Assembly: GCA_977020255.1 (NCBI GenBank)
Contig: CDROCS010004136.1
Span: 1-64,000 of the forward strand
Direction: 5' to 3'
Length of the DNA stretch: 64,000 nt
DNA from: Obrimoposthia wandeli
Lineage: Eukaryota
The stretch's first letter is position 1; each line of letters begins with the position of its first letter. The translations under genes and the position numbers were made by a program. The notes under the pieces were generated by a model. It did not search any database. It had not been told where the DNA came from and was given only the letters and a program-made list of their open reading frames with translations. Below are positions 11,731-20,524 of the stretch, one piece after another.

Positions 11731-12203
11731 ATGCCTAAAGTAGCTTTTCAAGATGTATATCCGCAGGAGTTAAGTCACTGTCATGGATGCGGCAAGAATA
11801 ATAAAGAGGGTCATCAGTTAAAGAGCTACTGGTGCGACAGCGATGCTCAGCTTGAGACGGTCGCTCATTTCACGCCGAAGGCGTGTCATACCGCGATGCC
11901 AGGCTTTGTTCACGGCGGGATTATCGCATCCTTGATTGATTGTCACGGCACGGGAAGCGCTAGTGCAATGGCGTATAAGCAAGCGGGTAGGGAATTAGGC
12001 TCTTCTCCTTCAATGCGGTTTGTTACAGGTAAGCTCGAAGTTAATTTCATCGCGCCCACGCCTCTTGGCCCCAGGCTTACGTCACTTTAGTGAGGTCAAA
12101 GAGCGCAAAGCCTGTCAACCAGCTTGGCGCCAATGGTAAAGTATGTGCTACTGGTCAAGTGATCGCGATAAAGATGCCAGAAAATATGGGGCTTCAGCAG
12201 TAA
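11731..12203 (+). CDS. PaaI-family (hot-dog fold) thioesterase, frameshifted near 12070-12120
   Basis: FQDVYPQELSHCHGCG, PGFVHGGIIASLIDCHGTG and FVTGKLEVNFIAPTP; the tail GKVCATGQVIAIKMPENMGLQQ* is in another frame. Confidence 0.8.
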
Positions 12204-12420
12204 TGCTTTTGCTTTCAATGCAGCTATATTCGCAGTTACAGAATAGGGCATAAATAACGTCAGCAATAAATGCTGCCAACGATTATGAAAGGCTATTTAA
12301 TTCAGCGGCTCAAATGGGCAGGTAATATATCTATATATGCCGTAAAATCTAGTTTTGCCCCTGGCAAACTTATGGCGATTGTAATACCAATAAGCCTTAA
12401 CTTATATCTGGAAAATACCA

Positions 12421-13032
12421 ATGATTACTATCCATCATTTGAATCAATCTCGCTCTAAGCGCGTTATTTGGTTATTAGAAGAGCTTGGCCTTGAGTACAA
12501 CATTATCAATCACTTTAGAGATGAAGTGACACACCTAGCTCCACCTAGTTTAAAAGCCATTCATCCGCTGGCCAAGGCGCCGATTATGGAAGATGGAGAG
12601 ATTGTATTGTGCGAATCAGGTGCCATTATGGAATACCTCTTAGCACAGGTTGCATCTGAGGCTAGCTGCCGCCCCAACATAAACGATCCTTCATATTATA
12701 AATATTTAGAATGGCTACATTTTGCTGAAGGATCCTTAGGTTTGGCGGTGATAACCAAGTTATTTATGACGATGGAACCACGGGAGGGTAATCAACCGAT
12801 GGATGGCTATATCGCGAAGGAGCTATCTTTAGATCTAGGTTATATTAATGAAACGCTGAGTACTCAAACTTATTTTGCAGGTGATGAGTTTAGTGCCGCA
12901 GATGTGATGATGACCATCATGTTAGAAATTGCGAAAAGTATTGGTTTGCTGACGCAATACCCAGCGATAGTCAGTTATTTAGAGAACATTGTTTTACGAG
13001 AAGCCTATAAAACAGCGCTATCAAAAGGCTAG
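12421..13032 (+). CDS. Glutathione S-transferase family protein
   Basis: HHLNQSRSKRVIWLLEELG, HPLAKAP, ESGAI, WLHFAEGSL, FSAAD. Confidence 0.92.
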   Translation: MITIHHLNQSRSKRVIWLLEELGLEYNIINHFRDEVTHLAPPSLKAIHPLAKAPIMEDGEIVLCESGAIMEYLLAQVASEASCRPNINDPSYYKYLEWLHFAEGSLGLAVITKLFMTMEPREGNQPMDGYIAKELSLDLGYINETLSTQTYFAGDEFSAADVMMTIMLEIAKSIGLLTQYPAIVSYLENIVLREAYKTALSKG

Positions 13033-13170
13033 AACACATAGCTAACTGAAGTCTTAAGATAAGCTATTAAATAGTAGAGTATTTTATTTTTCAGTGTTTC
13101 AAATAGAAGAAAACCTTTACGGTAAATACCGAGTGTGAGTGTTACATAGATAGGCTCTGCTTATAAACGT

Positions 13171-13198
13171 GATACTAAAGAGAGAACTCTTTAGTATC
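13171..13198. terminator. Hairpin between convergent gst and yaaA, probable terminator
   Basis: Perfect 12-bp stem GATACTAAAGAG-agaa-CTCTTTAGTATC. Confidence 0.55.
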
Positions 13199-13300
13199 TG
13201 CTTAAACCAGACGCCAGCCAATGTAGCGACGTCATGACTTTATCTCTGACTTTTATCCAGTACAGCTCTCGCGCTGGTATTTGCTGTGGGTCGATGTCCT

Positions 13301-14071
13301 TTAGTGTTGCTCTTCGCGTAAGAAAACCCAATCATTTCCTTTGGATTGTTCTGGGCTGAAATAGTATCCAGCGTAATCAAAGTCTTTGAGCGCATTTACA
13401 TCGACAATGCGGTTATCGATAATATAACGCACCATCAATCCACGCGCTTTTTTGGCATAAAAGCTGATGATTTTATACTGGCCATTTTTTTGGTCTTTAA
13501 AAATAGGTGTCACTAAACGCGCATCTAATGCTTTAGGTTTAACTGCCTTGAAGTATTCATTGGATGCTAAATTAACGAGAGTATCTCCCGCGGGGCATTG
13601 CGCGTTAATAGCCGTAGTGATCTGATCACCCCAAAAGTGATACAAGTTATCACCACGATCATTTTTTAACTTAGTGCCCATTTCTAAGCGATAGGGTTGA
13701 ATAAGATCTAGCGGTTGTAGTAAACCGTATAGACCTGACAGAATGCGCAAGTGCTTTTGCGCAAAATTGAAGTCATCTTCACTCAGTGTTTCTGCATCTA
13801 ATCCGGTGTAAACATCCCCCTTGAACGCCAGAGCAGCCTGTTTGGCATTTTGTTGGGTAAAGGGTTGCTCCCACGAGCCGTAACGCGCCACGTTTAAGCT
13901 TGCGAGCTTGTCACTGAGTTTCATCAGTGTTGCGATGTCTTGTACTGCGTAGTCAGCTAAGGTATCAATCAATAACTGTGACTGATCTAAATACTTAGGC
14001 TGTGAGAACTGTTGCGTGACGGGAGCTGTGTCAAAATCTAGCGTTTTCGCCGGTGAGATAACAATGCGCAT
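13301..14071 (-). CDS. yaaA: Peroxide stress protein YaaA (UPF0246)
   Basis: [54 protein letters not shown]. Confidence 0.96.
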   Translation of the reverse strand: MRIVISPAKTLDFDTAPVTQQFSQPKYLDQSQLLIDTLADYAVQDIATLMKLSDKLASLNVARYGSWEQPFTQQNAKQAALAFKGDVYTGLDAETLSEDDFNFAQKHLRILSGLYGLLQPLDLIQPYRLEMGTKLKNDRGDNLYHFWGDQITTAINAQCPAGDTLVNLASNEYFKAVKPKALDARLVTPIFKDQKNGQYKIISFYAKKARGLMVRYIIDNRIVDVNALKDFDYAGYYFSPEQSKGNDWVFLREEQH

Positions 14072-14331
14072 TCAAAGTGTCCTGTGTAACTGCTGGCTCG
14101 AAGATAACGCCCTTTGTACCATTTGTCCGTATTGCTGGAAAGGGAAATTTGTCTTACTAAGGCTATCGCTGCAATAGTCTCAAACAATGGCTGGTGCCAT
14201 TATCGCTGAGAGTAGAGCGCTTGGCTTTAAACACAGTTGATGGTGTATGATAGCGCTTATTTTTGTGCTGAGCGCTAGGTGTCTAGCTCAGTGGTAGTTT
14301 TGTGTCTCTATCTGAGCGCTGAGGAAGAACA

Positions 14332-15609
14332 ATGTCTAAGAAAACGGTATTAACAGGAATAACAACCACAGGTACACCCCACATCGGTAACTACTTAGGG
14401 GCAATAAAGCCGGCCATTGAAGCCAGTGAAAAAGGGCTGTATGACAGTTATTTTTTCCTTGCTGATTTCCATGCCTTAATTAAATGCGGTGATCCTGAAC
14501 GCGTTGCTCAATCTTCTCGCGAAATAGCGGCTACTTGGCTGGCACTGGGGTTAGATACAGACAAGGCGACTTTTTACCGTCAGACAGATATTCCTGAAAT
14601 CACCGAATTGACATGGATCTTAACTTGCCTAACCTCTAAAGGGCTAATGAACCGCGCCCACGCTTACAAAGGGTCGGTGGATGCTAATCGCGATTCAGGC
14701 AAGACAGATTTAGATGACGGTATTACCATGGGACTGTTTAGCTACCCGATTCTAATGGCAGCAGATATTTTAATGTTTAACGCTGACATCGTGCCGGTGG
14801 GTAAAGATCAGATTCAGCATATAGAGATGACGCGTGACGTGGCAGGGCGCTTTAATAATACTTATGAAAAATTATTTACCATGCCCGATGCACAGGTAGA
14901 TGAGAGCACCCAGCTTATTCCAGGTCTGGATGGTCGTAAGATGTCCAAGAGTTATGACAATACCCTGCCACTATTTTGCCCCTCGGATCAGTTGTATAAA
15001 CTCATCAAACAAATAGATACTGATTCTCGCCAGCCAGGCGAGCCCAAGGATGCTGATAACAGCACCGTGTTTCAGCTGTATAATTGTTTTGCTTCGGTTG
15101 ATGAGTCACAGCAGATGCGTAATCAGTTCGAACAAGGTATCGCTTGGGGAGATGCTAAGCGTGAGTTGTTTGAGTTTTTAGACTCCAAGCTCAGCGCACC
15201 ACGCGGTGAGTACAATCGTTTAATGGCTGACTTGGGTGCGGTAGAAGAAGCATTGCAAAAAGGTGCGGTTAAAGCCCGTGAAAAAGCAGCTCCTTTGATG
15301 GATAAAGTACGTATCGCTTCGGGAATTCGCCCTCTAACTTATACGGCACCCGTGGCCGGCAACGAAAAAGTCAAGAAAGAGAAGAGCGCTGAGGATATTG
15401 CCCGTGCAGATGCGGGACGTCGTCGCGGTATTTTGATGCAATTAAGCAAAGTATTACAAGAGGTAGAAACTGCCTCAGATTGCAGCGCAGCGGCAGTGCA
15501 ACTAATTGCGATGAGAGAAGAGGCTTTGATTAGCCTGAAAAAGGGCGCTAAAGCTAAAGCTGAAAATGAGCTGCAAATATTGCGCGAAGAGTTGGCGCAA
15601 TATTTATAA
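14332..15609 (+). CDS. trpS: Tryptophanyl-tRNA synthetase with a C-terminal extension of about 90 aa
   Basis: TGITTTGTPHIGNY (HIGH), YPILMAADIL, VPVGKDQIQH, KMSKS. Confidence 0.96.
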   Translation: MSKKTVLTGITTTGTPHIGNYLGAIKPAIEASEKGLYDSYFFLADFHALIKCGDPERVAQSSREIAATWLALGLDTDKATFYRQTDIPEITELTWILTCLTSKGLMNRAHAYKGSVDANRDSGKTDLDDGITMGLFSYPILMAADILMFNADIVPVGKDQIQHIEMTRDVAGRFNNTYEKLFTMPDAQVDESTQLIPGLDGRKMSKSYDNTLPLFCPSDQLYKLIKQIDTDSRQPGEPKDADNSTVFQLYNCFASVDESQQMRNQFEQGIAWGDAKRELFEFLDSKLSAPRGEYNRLMADLGAVEEALQKGAVKAREKAAPLMDKVRIASGIRPLTYTAPVAGNEKVKKEKSAEDIARADAGRRRGILMQLSKVLQEVETASDCSAAAVQLIAMREEALISLKKGAKAKAENELQILREELAQYL

Positions 15610-15741
15610 CCGCTATCAACCACACAGGCCTGCTACTCGTATTGAGTGATAGGCTGTATTTATCAGCGCAGGCTTCATCGCCACCGACGGTAATTGGCTG
15701 TCAGGCTTTGCGTTTATACTATCGTCATACGGAGAGCTAAT

Positions 15742-16572
15742 ATGTATCAAACACTGATCAGTGCCGCTCAGTTAAAGGGTTTACAACAAGCTAATAATAC
15801 AAATCTTGTCATTTTGGACAGTCGGTTTAATTTGATGGATGTTGCACAAGGACGGATGCTTTTTTTATCCGGGCATATCCCCACAGCGCAATACGTTGAT
15901 TTAAACAGTCAGCTCTCTAGTGAGATAACAGCAGAGTCCGGTAGGCACCCGCTTCCCAGCAAAGAGAACCTAATTTCACTTTTTTCGACACTGGGAATAG
16001 ATAGTGAAGTACAGGTTGTTGTTTACGATGATTGCTCTGGTGCAATGGCCGCACGCGCTTGGTGGTTACTGCGTTGGATGGGACAGCATAATGTGGCGGT
16101 GCTCGATGGAGGTATCCAAGCGTGGCAACAAGCTGATTACGCTTTAGCATCGGACGAGGCTGAAGCAGTTGAAACACGCCAGTTCAAAATGAACTCTTCG
16201 GATTTTATCGCGATCAGTACTGCACAAGTACTTGGCGGACACTACCAGTTGGTCGATGCCCGTGCCCAAGCTCGTTTTAACGGCGAGCAAGAGCCTATCG
16301 ATAAAGTGGCAGGACATATCCCCGGTGCACAAAATAGACCTTTCCCGTCAAACTTAACCCCGGATGGCGTATTTAAGGAATCAGCGGTTTTAGCCAATGA
16401 GCTACAAAAATTTGACCGTGAGAATGTGGCGCAAATGTGCGGCTCAGGGGTGACCGCCTGTCATAATATTTTGGCAATGTGCCATGCCGGTTTAGCACCT
16501 AGTAAATTATACGTGGGCTCTTGGAGCGAGTGGATTGTTGATCCCGCTAGAGAAGTGGCTAGAGTAAAGTGA
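15742..16572 (+). CDS. sseA: 3-mercaptopyruvate/thiosulfate sulfurtransferase (two rhodanese domains)
   Basis: GHIPTA, GRHPLP, AARAWWLLRWMG, VLDGGIQAW, CGSGVTAC, LYVGSWSEW; ATG 15742 follows RBS GGAGAG. Confidence 0.92.
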   Translation: MYQTLISAAQLKGLQQANNTNLVILDSRFNLMDVAQGRMLFLSGHIPTAQYVDLNSQLSSEITAESGRHPLPSKENLISLFSTLGIDSEVQVVVYDDCSGAMAARAWWLLRWMGQHNVAVLDGGIQAWQQADYALASDEAEAVETRQFKMNSSDFIAISTAQVLGGHYQLVDARAQARFNGEQEPIDKVAGHIPGAQNRPFPSNLTPDGVFKESAVLANELQKFDRENVAQMCGSGVTACHNILAMCHAGLAPSKLYVGSWSEWIVDPAREVARVK

Positions 16573-16587
16573 TTGTCAGTTTGAGGA

Positions 16588-17532
16588 ATGCTTATGCAAC
16601 AAGGTAGTGAAGAGTATCAAAGTGGAGTAGTGGCCGCTGCTAATTCAAATGCGCTTTTTATCAGTTATCGCACCGCGACTGAACTAAGTGAGGTACAGCT
16701 TGAACAGCTAAAAGTAGTGCTAGGTAAAGTGCCCGAGCTACAAATGCAATATCAGAAAGTACACAGCGAAGCACAAATGCATGTAGTAGTCGCATTGGGT
16801 TGTCAGTTATGGGATCAACTGTCACCGGCGGCAAGGCCGAGAGACCTGACTAGCTTTAATGCTTTAGTGGCGGGTGAATTGGCAATGCCGGCAACTAACG
16901 CTGATTTATTGCTACACATTCGCAGCGAGCGTCACGATCTAAACTATAAACTGGCGTGTGAATTACACGCAGATATGACTGCGATCCTCGACTTAGATGA
17001 AATGGTACACGGTTTTCGCTATCTTGATAGTCGTGACTTAACGGGCTTTGTTGATGGTACGGAAAATCCACAAGATGCGCATCGTAAAACGGTTGCCTTA
17101 GTGAATAATGATAGTGAGTTCAATGGGGGTAGTTATGTTCATATGCAAAAGTATCAACATGACTTGGCACTGTGGAATCAACAGAGTGTTAACGTTCAAG
17201 AAGATAGTTACGGGCGCACTAAGCAAGAGAATATAGAGTACCCAGGCGTCGATAAAAAGGCATCAGCACATACTAAGCGTACCTCTTTAAAAGATAGCGC
17301 AGGTAATTCGGTTGAAATATTGCGACACAGCTTACCCTACGGTGATTTACAGCAAAGTGGTCTGATGTTCGCCAGTTATTGCGCCAACGGTATTAACTTT
17401 GATTTGATGTTAGAAAGTATGGTGACAGGGCTAGAAAGTGGTGAGGCTGACAGTATTTTAAGCTATACCCAAGCCGTGACAGGGGATGCTTATTTTGCGC
17501 CGAGTCGAACGTGGCTCGAACAGCTTAAATAA
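16588..17532 (+). CDS. Dyp-type peroxidase (YfeX-like)
   Basis: DLLLHIRSERHD, GFVDGTENP (GXXDG), GGSYV, AHTKR, ILRHSLPYG. The start may be ATG 16594. Confidence 0.93.
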   Translation: MLMQQGSEEYQSGVVAAANSNALFISYRTATELSEVQLEQLKVVLGKVPELQMQYQKVHSEAQMHVVVALGCQLWDQLSPAARPRDLTSFNALVAGELAMPATNADLLLHIRSERHDLNYKLACELHADMTAILDLDEMVHGFRYLDSRDLTGFVDGTENPQDAHRKTVALVNNDSEFNGGSYVHMQKYQHDLALWNQQSVNVQEDSYGRTKQENIEYPGVDKKASAHTKRTSLKDSAGNSVEILRHSLPYGDLQQSGLMFASYCANGINFDLMLESMVTGLESGEADSILSYTQAVTGDAYFAPSRTWLEQLK

Positions 17533-17541
17533 AGTATAGAT

Positions 17542-17570
17542 ACCCAGCGCTGAAAATTACAGTGCTGGGT
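17542..17570. terminator. Hairpin between convergent dyp and DEAD-box genes
   Basis: ACCCAGCGCTG-aaaatta-CAGTGCTGGGT. Confidence 0.55.
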
Positions 17571-17584
17571 GTGTGATCTATAAA

Positions 17585-18838
17585 TTAGTGTTTCTTAACA
17601 CTTTTATTACTGTTGCTATGCTGGTTTATTTTAGTGCGGGTGACTTTATTGCTCGGTGCGACGCGGCGCTTTTGCACGATAGTTTTACGTAGGTTATCGC
17701 GGTTACTGACATCAAAGCCCGGTTGGTGGATACGTTTGATTTTGCTACCAATCAATTTCTCTATGTTATCCAGTGCGCGCTCTTCTTCGCGGCTAACAAA
17801 TGAGATGGCATTACCAGTATTACCAGCACGACCTGTACGACCGATACGATGTACGTAATCTTCTGCGAGGTAAGGTAAGTTGTAATTAACCACATATTCT
17901 AGATCGACAATGTCCAAGCCACGAGCGGCTACTTCAGTGGCGATTAGCACTTGTATTTTAGCTGATTTAAAATCGGCTATAGCACGACGGCGTGAACCGT
18001 GAGTTTTATCGGCATGGCATAAAGCGCTATCAATTTTACTCTTTTTCAACTGGCGCATCAGGTTATCCGCCTGTGCTTTGGTGCTGGTAAATACCAGAAC
18101 CTGGAACCAGTTGTTCTCGGTGATTAATTGCTGAAAAAGCTCTGCTTTGCGCCTCTCTTCAACAGGATAGACAACATGTTCTACAGTGTCAGCCGTCGCG
18201 TTTTGCTTAGCGGCGCGCACTTCAGTGTGGTTGTGCAGTATCTGCTTAGCCAGCTTTTGTACATCACCAGATAAGGTTGCTGAAAAAAGCAGTGTTTGGC
18301 GTTTACTTGAACAGCGTTGCAAAATAGTAGAAACATCGCTGATGAAACCCATATCTAACATACGGTCAGCTTCATCGAGTACTAAAAATTCGGTTTTTGC
18401 CAAATTGATGTTGCACTTCACTAAATGCTCGATTAAACGACCCGGTGTCGCAATCAGAATATCTAAACCGCGCTGTAGTTTTTTACTTTGAGAATCTAGG
18501 TTAGACCCACCGAAAACTGAAGTGATAGTCAATTCGGTAAATTGAGCATATTCCTTAATTTTTTGCTCTAACTGTGCTGCTAGCTCACGAGTTGGAGCAA
18601 GTATCAATGCGCGGGTATGCCCAGGAACAATTGCTTTGGGTGTATCGCACATTTGTTGAAGAATCGGCAAGGCAAATGCTGCTGTTTTACCTGTGCCTGT
18701 TTGCGCGTTGGCTAGGATATCTTTACCACGTCTTGCAGGGACAATGGCTTTTTGCTGTACCGCAGTCATTTCTTTGTAACCACAAAGCTGCAGCGCTTGT
18801 TGTATCTGTGGGGCTAAGTCTAAGGCTGAAAAATTCAT
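17585..18838 (-). CDS. DEAD-box RNA helicase (RhlE-like)
   Basis: Q motif, AQTGTGKT, PTRELA, TPGRL, DEAD, SAT, ARGLD, HRIGRTGRAG; likely start MNFSAL at 18838. Confidence 0.95.
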   Translation of the reverse strand: MNFSALDLAPQIQQALQLCGYKEMTAVQQKAIVPARRGKDILANAQTGTGKTAAFALPILQQMCDTPKAIVPGHTRALILAPTRELAAQLEQKIKEYAQFTELTITSVFGGSNLDSQSKKLQRGLDILIATPGRLIEHLVKCNINLAKTEFLVLDEADRMLDMGFISDVSTILQRCSSKRQTLLFSATLSGDVQKLAKQILHNHTEVRAAKQNATADTVEHVVYPVEERRKAELFQQLITENNWFQVLVFTSTKAQADNLMRQLKKSKIDSALCHADKTHGSRRRAIADFKSAKIQVLIATEVAARGLDIVDLEYVVNYNLPYLAEDYVHRIGRTGRAGNTGNAISFVSREEERALDNIEKLIGSKIKRIHQPGFDVSNRDNLRKTIVQKRRVAPSNKVTRTKINQHSNSNKSVKKH

Positions 18839-19069
18839 CTTTGAGTTCCAAGTATTCGACAGTAAAAATAGCGGCGTAGTATAAAGCAAAACGATCGCTA
18901 CTGCAGATTAATTGTTACTCATATTAAAAGGCGCTTTAGTTGTGTAGTTATCTGCTTATGAATAAAACTTTTTACGTTTTAAAAAGAGTCACTTTAGCGC
19001 TCTTGTGAGTGCGTGTGCAGATGCCAAATGTTCTCTCTATATTGGTGGAGCCGACAACTTTCTCATCAG

Positions 19070-19999
19070 TTATAACTGATAGTAACGCTTTAATTTTGGC
19101 AAAAGAGCGGCATCACTAAAGAGTTGTAAAAAGTGGAAGAGTACACAAAATAGGATGGCATCCCCGACAGGTTGATCAAAACTGGCCAGGATACTCACGG
19201 CCACTGGTAGGGTTTTCTGTGATGCGGTTAACGCCATCGCGATACGCGCCCCATTATCGATTGGCAGTATTTTGGCGCAGAGTATAGCGAGTAACATCAA
19301 ACTGAAGTGAACGATAGCGGTCGCGGCCACTATTTTCAGTAGCGCAGTTGTACTAATAGTGTAGAGGATATCCGCGGAAGCGGAGAGTGAGAACCAAACG
19401 GCGGCGATGACGCAACTTGACGGTAAATAAGCGAGAACAGAATGCTGCGGTGATAGCAGTGCCAATTTACTGATGGCAAAGCCTGCTACAAAAGGACAGA
19501 GCACCAAAATAACAAGTTTTTGTAACAATGCAAAGGAGTCGATCGAGAAGTTGAGACTGTCAGCGGCGGTTATCCCAAGCATGAAGGGCACACTAAATAC
19601 CCCGACAACATTGATAATTACGGTCATCATCAATGCCCAAGTTCCACGACCTCCTGCTAGCTTGGTCATCACTATACAGGTAGAAAGTGTAGAGGGTACC
19701 GCGGATTTTACCAGTAATCCCAAGGTTAACCCTTGACCCAGTAATAATAGATTGGCAGTGGCTAAGCCAAGCAGTGGGGCCACCACTAAGCACAACAGTG
19801 CGGTGCTGAGCAAAGTGAAGGTGAAAGCGCGATCCTTTGGTAGCTCTTTAAGCTGAGTTTGATAGCCGTTGACAAAAAAAATCACCACGACACACCAAGG
19901 GATTAAGCCTAGCTCTTTAAAGTAGGTACCGAGTGAAGGTGCCAGCAGTGATACGAGTAAACTAATTGCCAAGCCAACAGGAAGAAAATAGGTCCGCAT
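19070..19999 (-). CDS. Bile acid:sodium symporter (SBF/BASS) family transporter
   Basis: Many TM helices, VPSTLSTCIVMT, SQKTLPVA and C-terminal FHFLQL. Confidence 0.82.
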   Translation of the reverse strand: MRTYFLPVGLAISLLVSLLAPSLGTYFKELGLIPWCVVVIFFVNGYQTQLKELPKDRAFTFTLLSTALLCLVVAPLLGLATANLLLLGQGLTLGLLVKSAVPSTLSTCIVMTKLAGGRGTWALMMTVIINVVGVFSVPFMLGITAADSLNFSIDSFALLQKLVILVLCPFVAGFAISKLALLSPQHSVLAYLPSSCVIAAVWFSLSASADILYTISTTALLKIVAATAIVHFSLMLLAILCAKILPIDNGARIAMALTASQKTLPVAVSILASFDQPVGDAILFCVLFHFLQLFSDAALLPKLKRYYQL

Positions 20000-20524
20000 G
20001 TGTTCTCACCCAATCAAAAATCCAGAGTATAGCGGATAATAGATGAGAGAGTAGGGCTAGATAAAAAGAGATCTTAATATCAATACTTAGGTGGTTTTTA
20101 ACAACTAAGGTAGGCGATTGAATAATCGTTTATATTCAGAGCTACTGAAGATTTTGTACCTAACTTATATTTGCTATCAGGTTATAACTTAATATTAAAT
20201 TAATATTATTGATTTGCTGATTGTAAATGTATCTAAAAAAACAGGGAGATTATTTGTTCTCATAAGCAGACATATAATAATGTAGAAAATAAAAATACTC
20301 CTTGTTAAATTAAGAGCCTTCCAGGAACTGCCAATATAGTAAAGCTGAGGTCAAAATCAAAAGAGGGAGTTTCCAGGTATGTTCGCGGTACATATTATTG
20401 AATTTTACGCGATTCTTGTTGCTCTTCGCTTGCACTTTTTTACTTGCTAGTCTTTACTTAATCAATCTAATTTGAGTAAGTAAAGTGCTAAAAAATATTT
20501 CAACTAATTATTTGGAGTTTCAAG

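Noticed and set aside
14283-14297. CTAGCTCAGTGGTAG resembles a tRNA D-arm
   Set aside because: No acceptor stem, anticodon arm or TTCGA T-loop follows.
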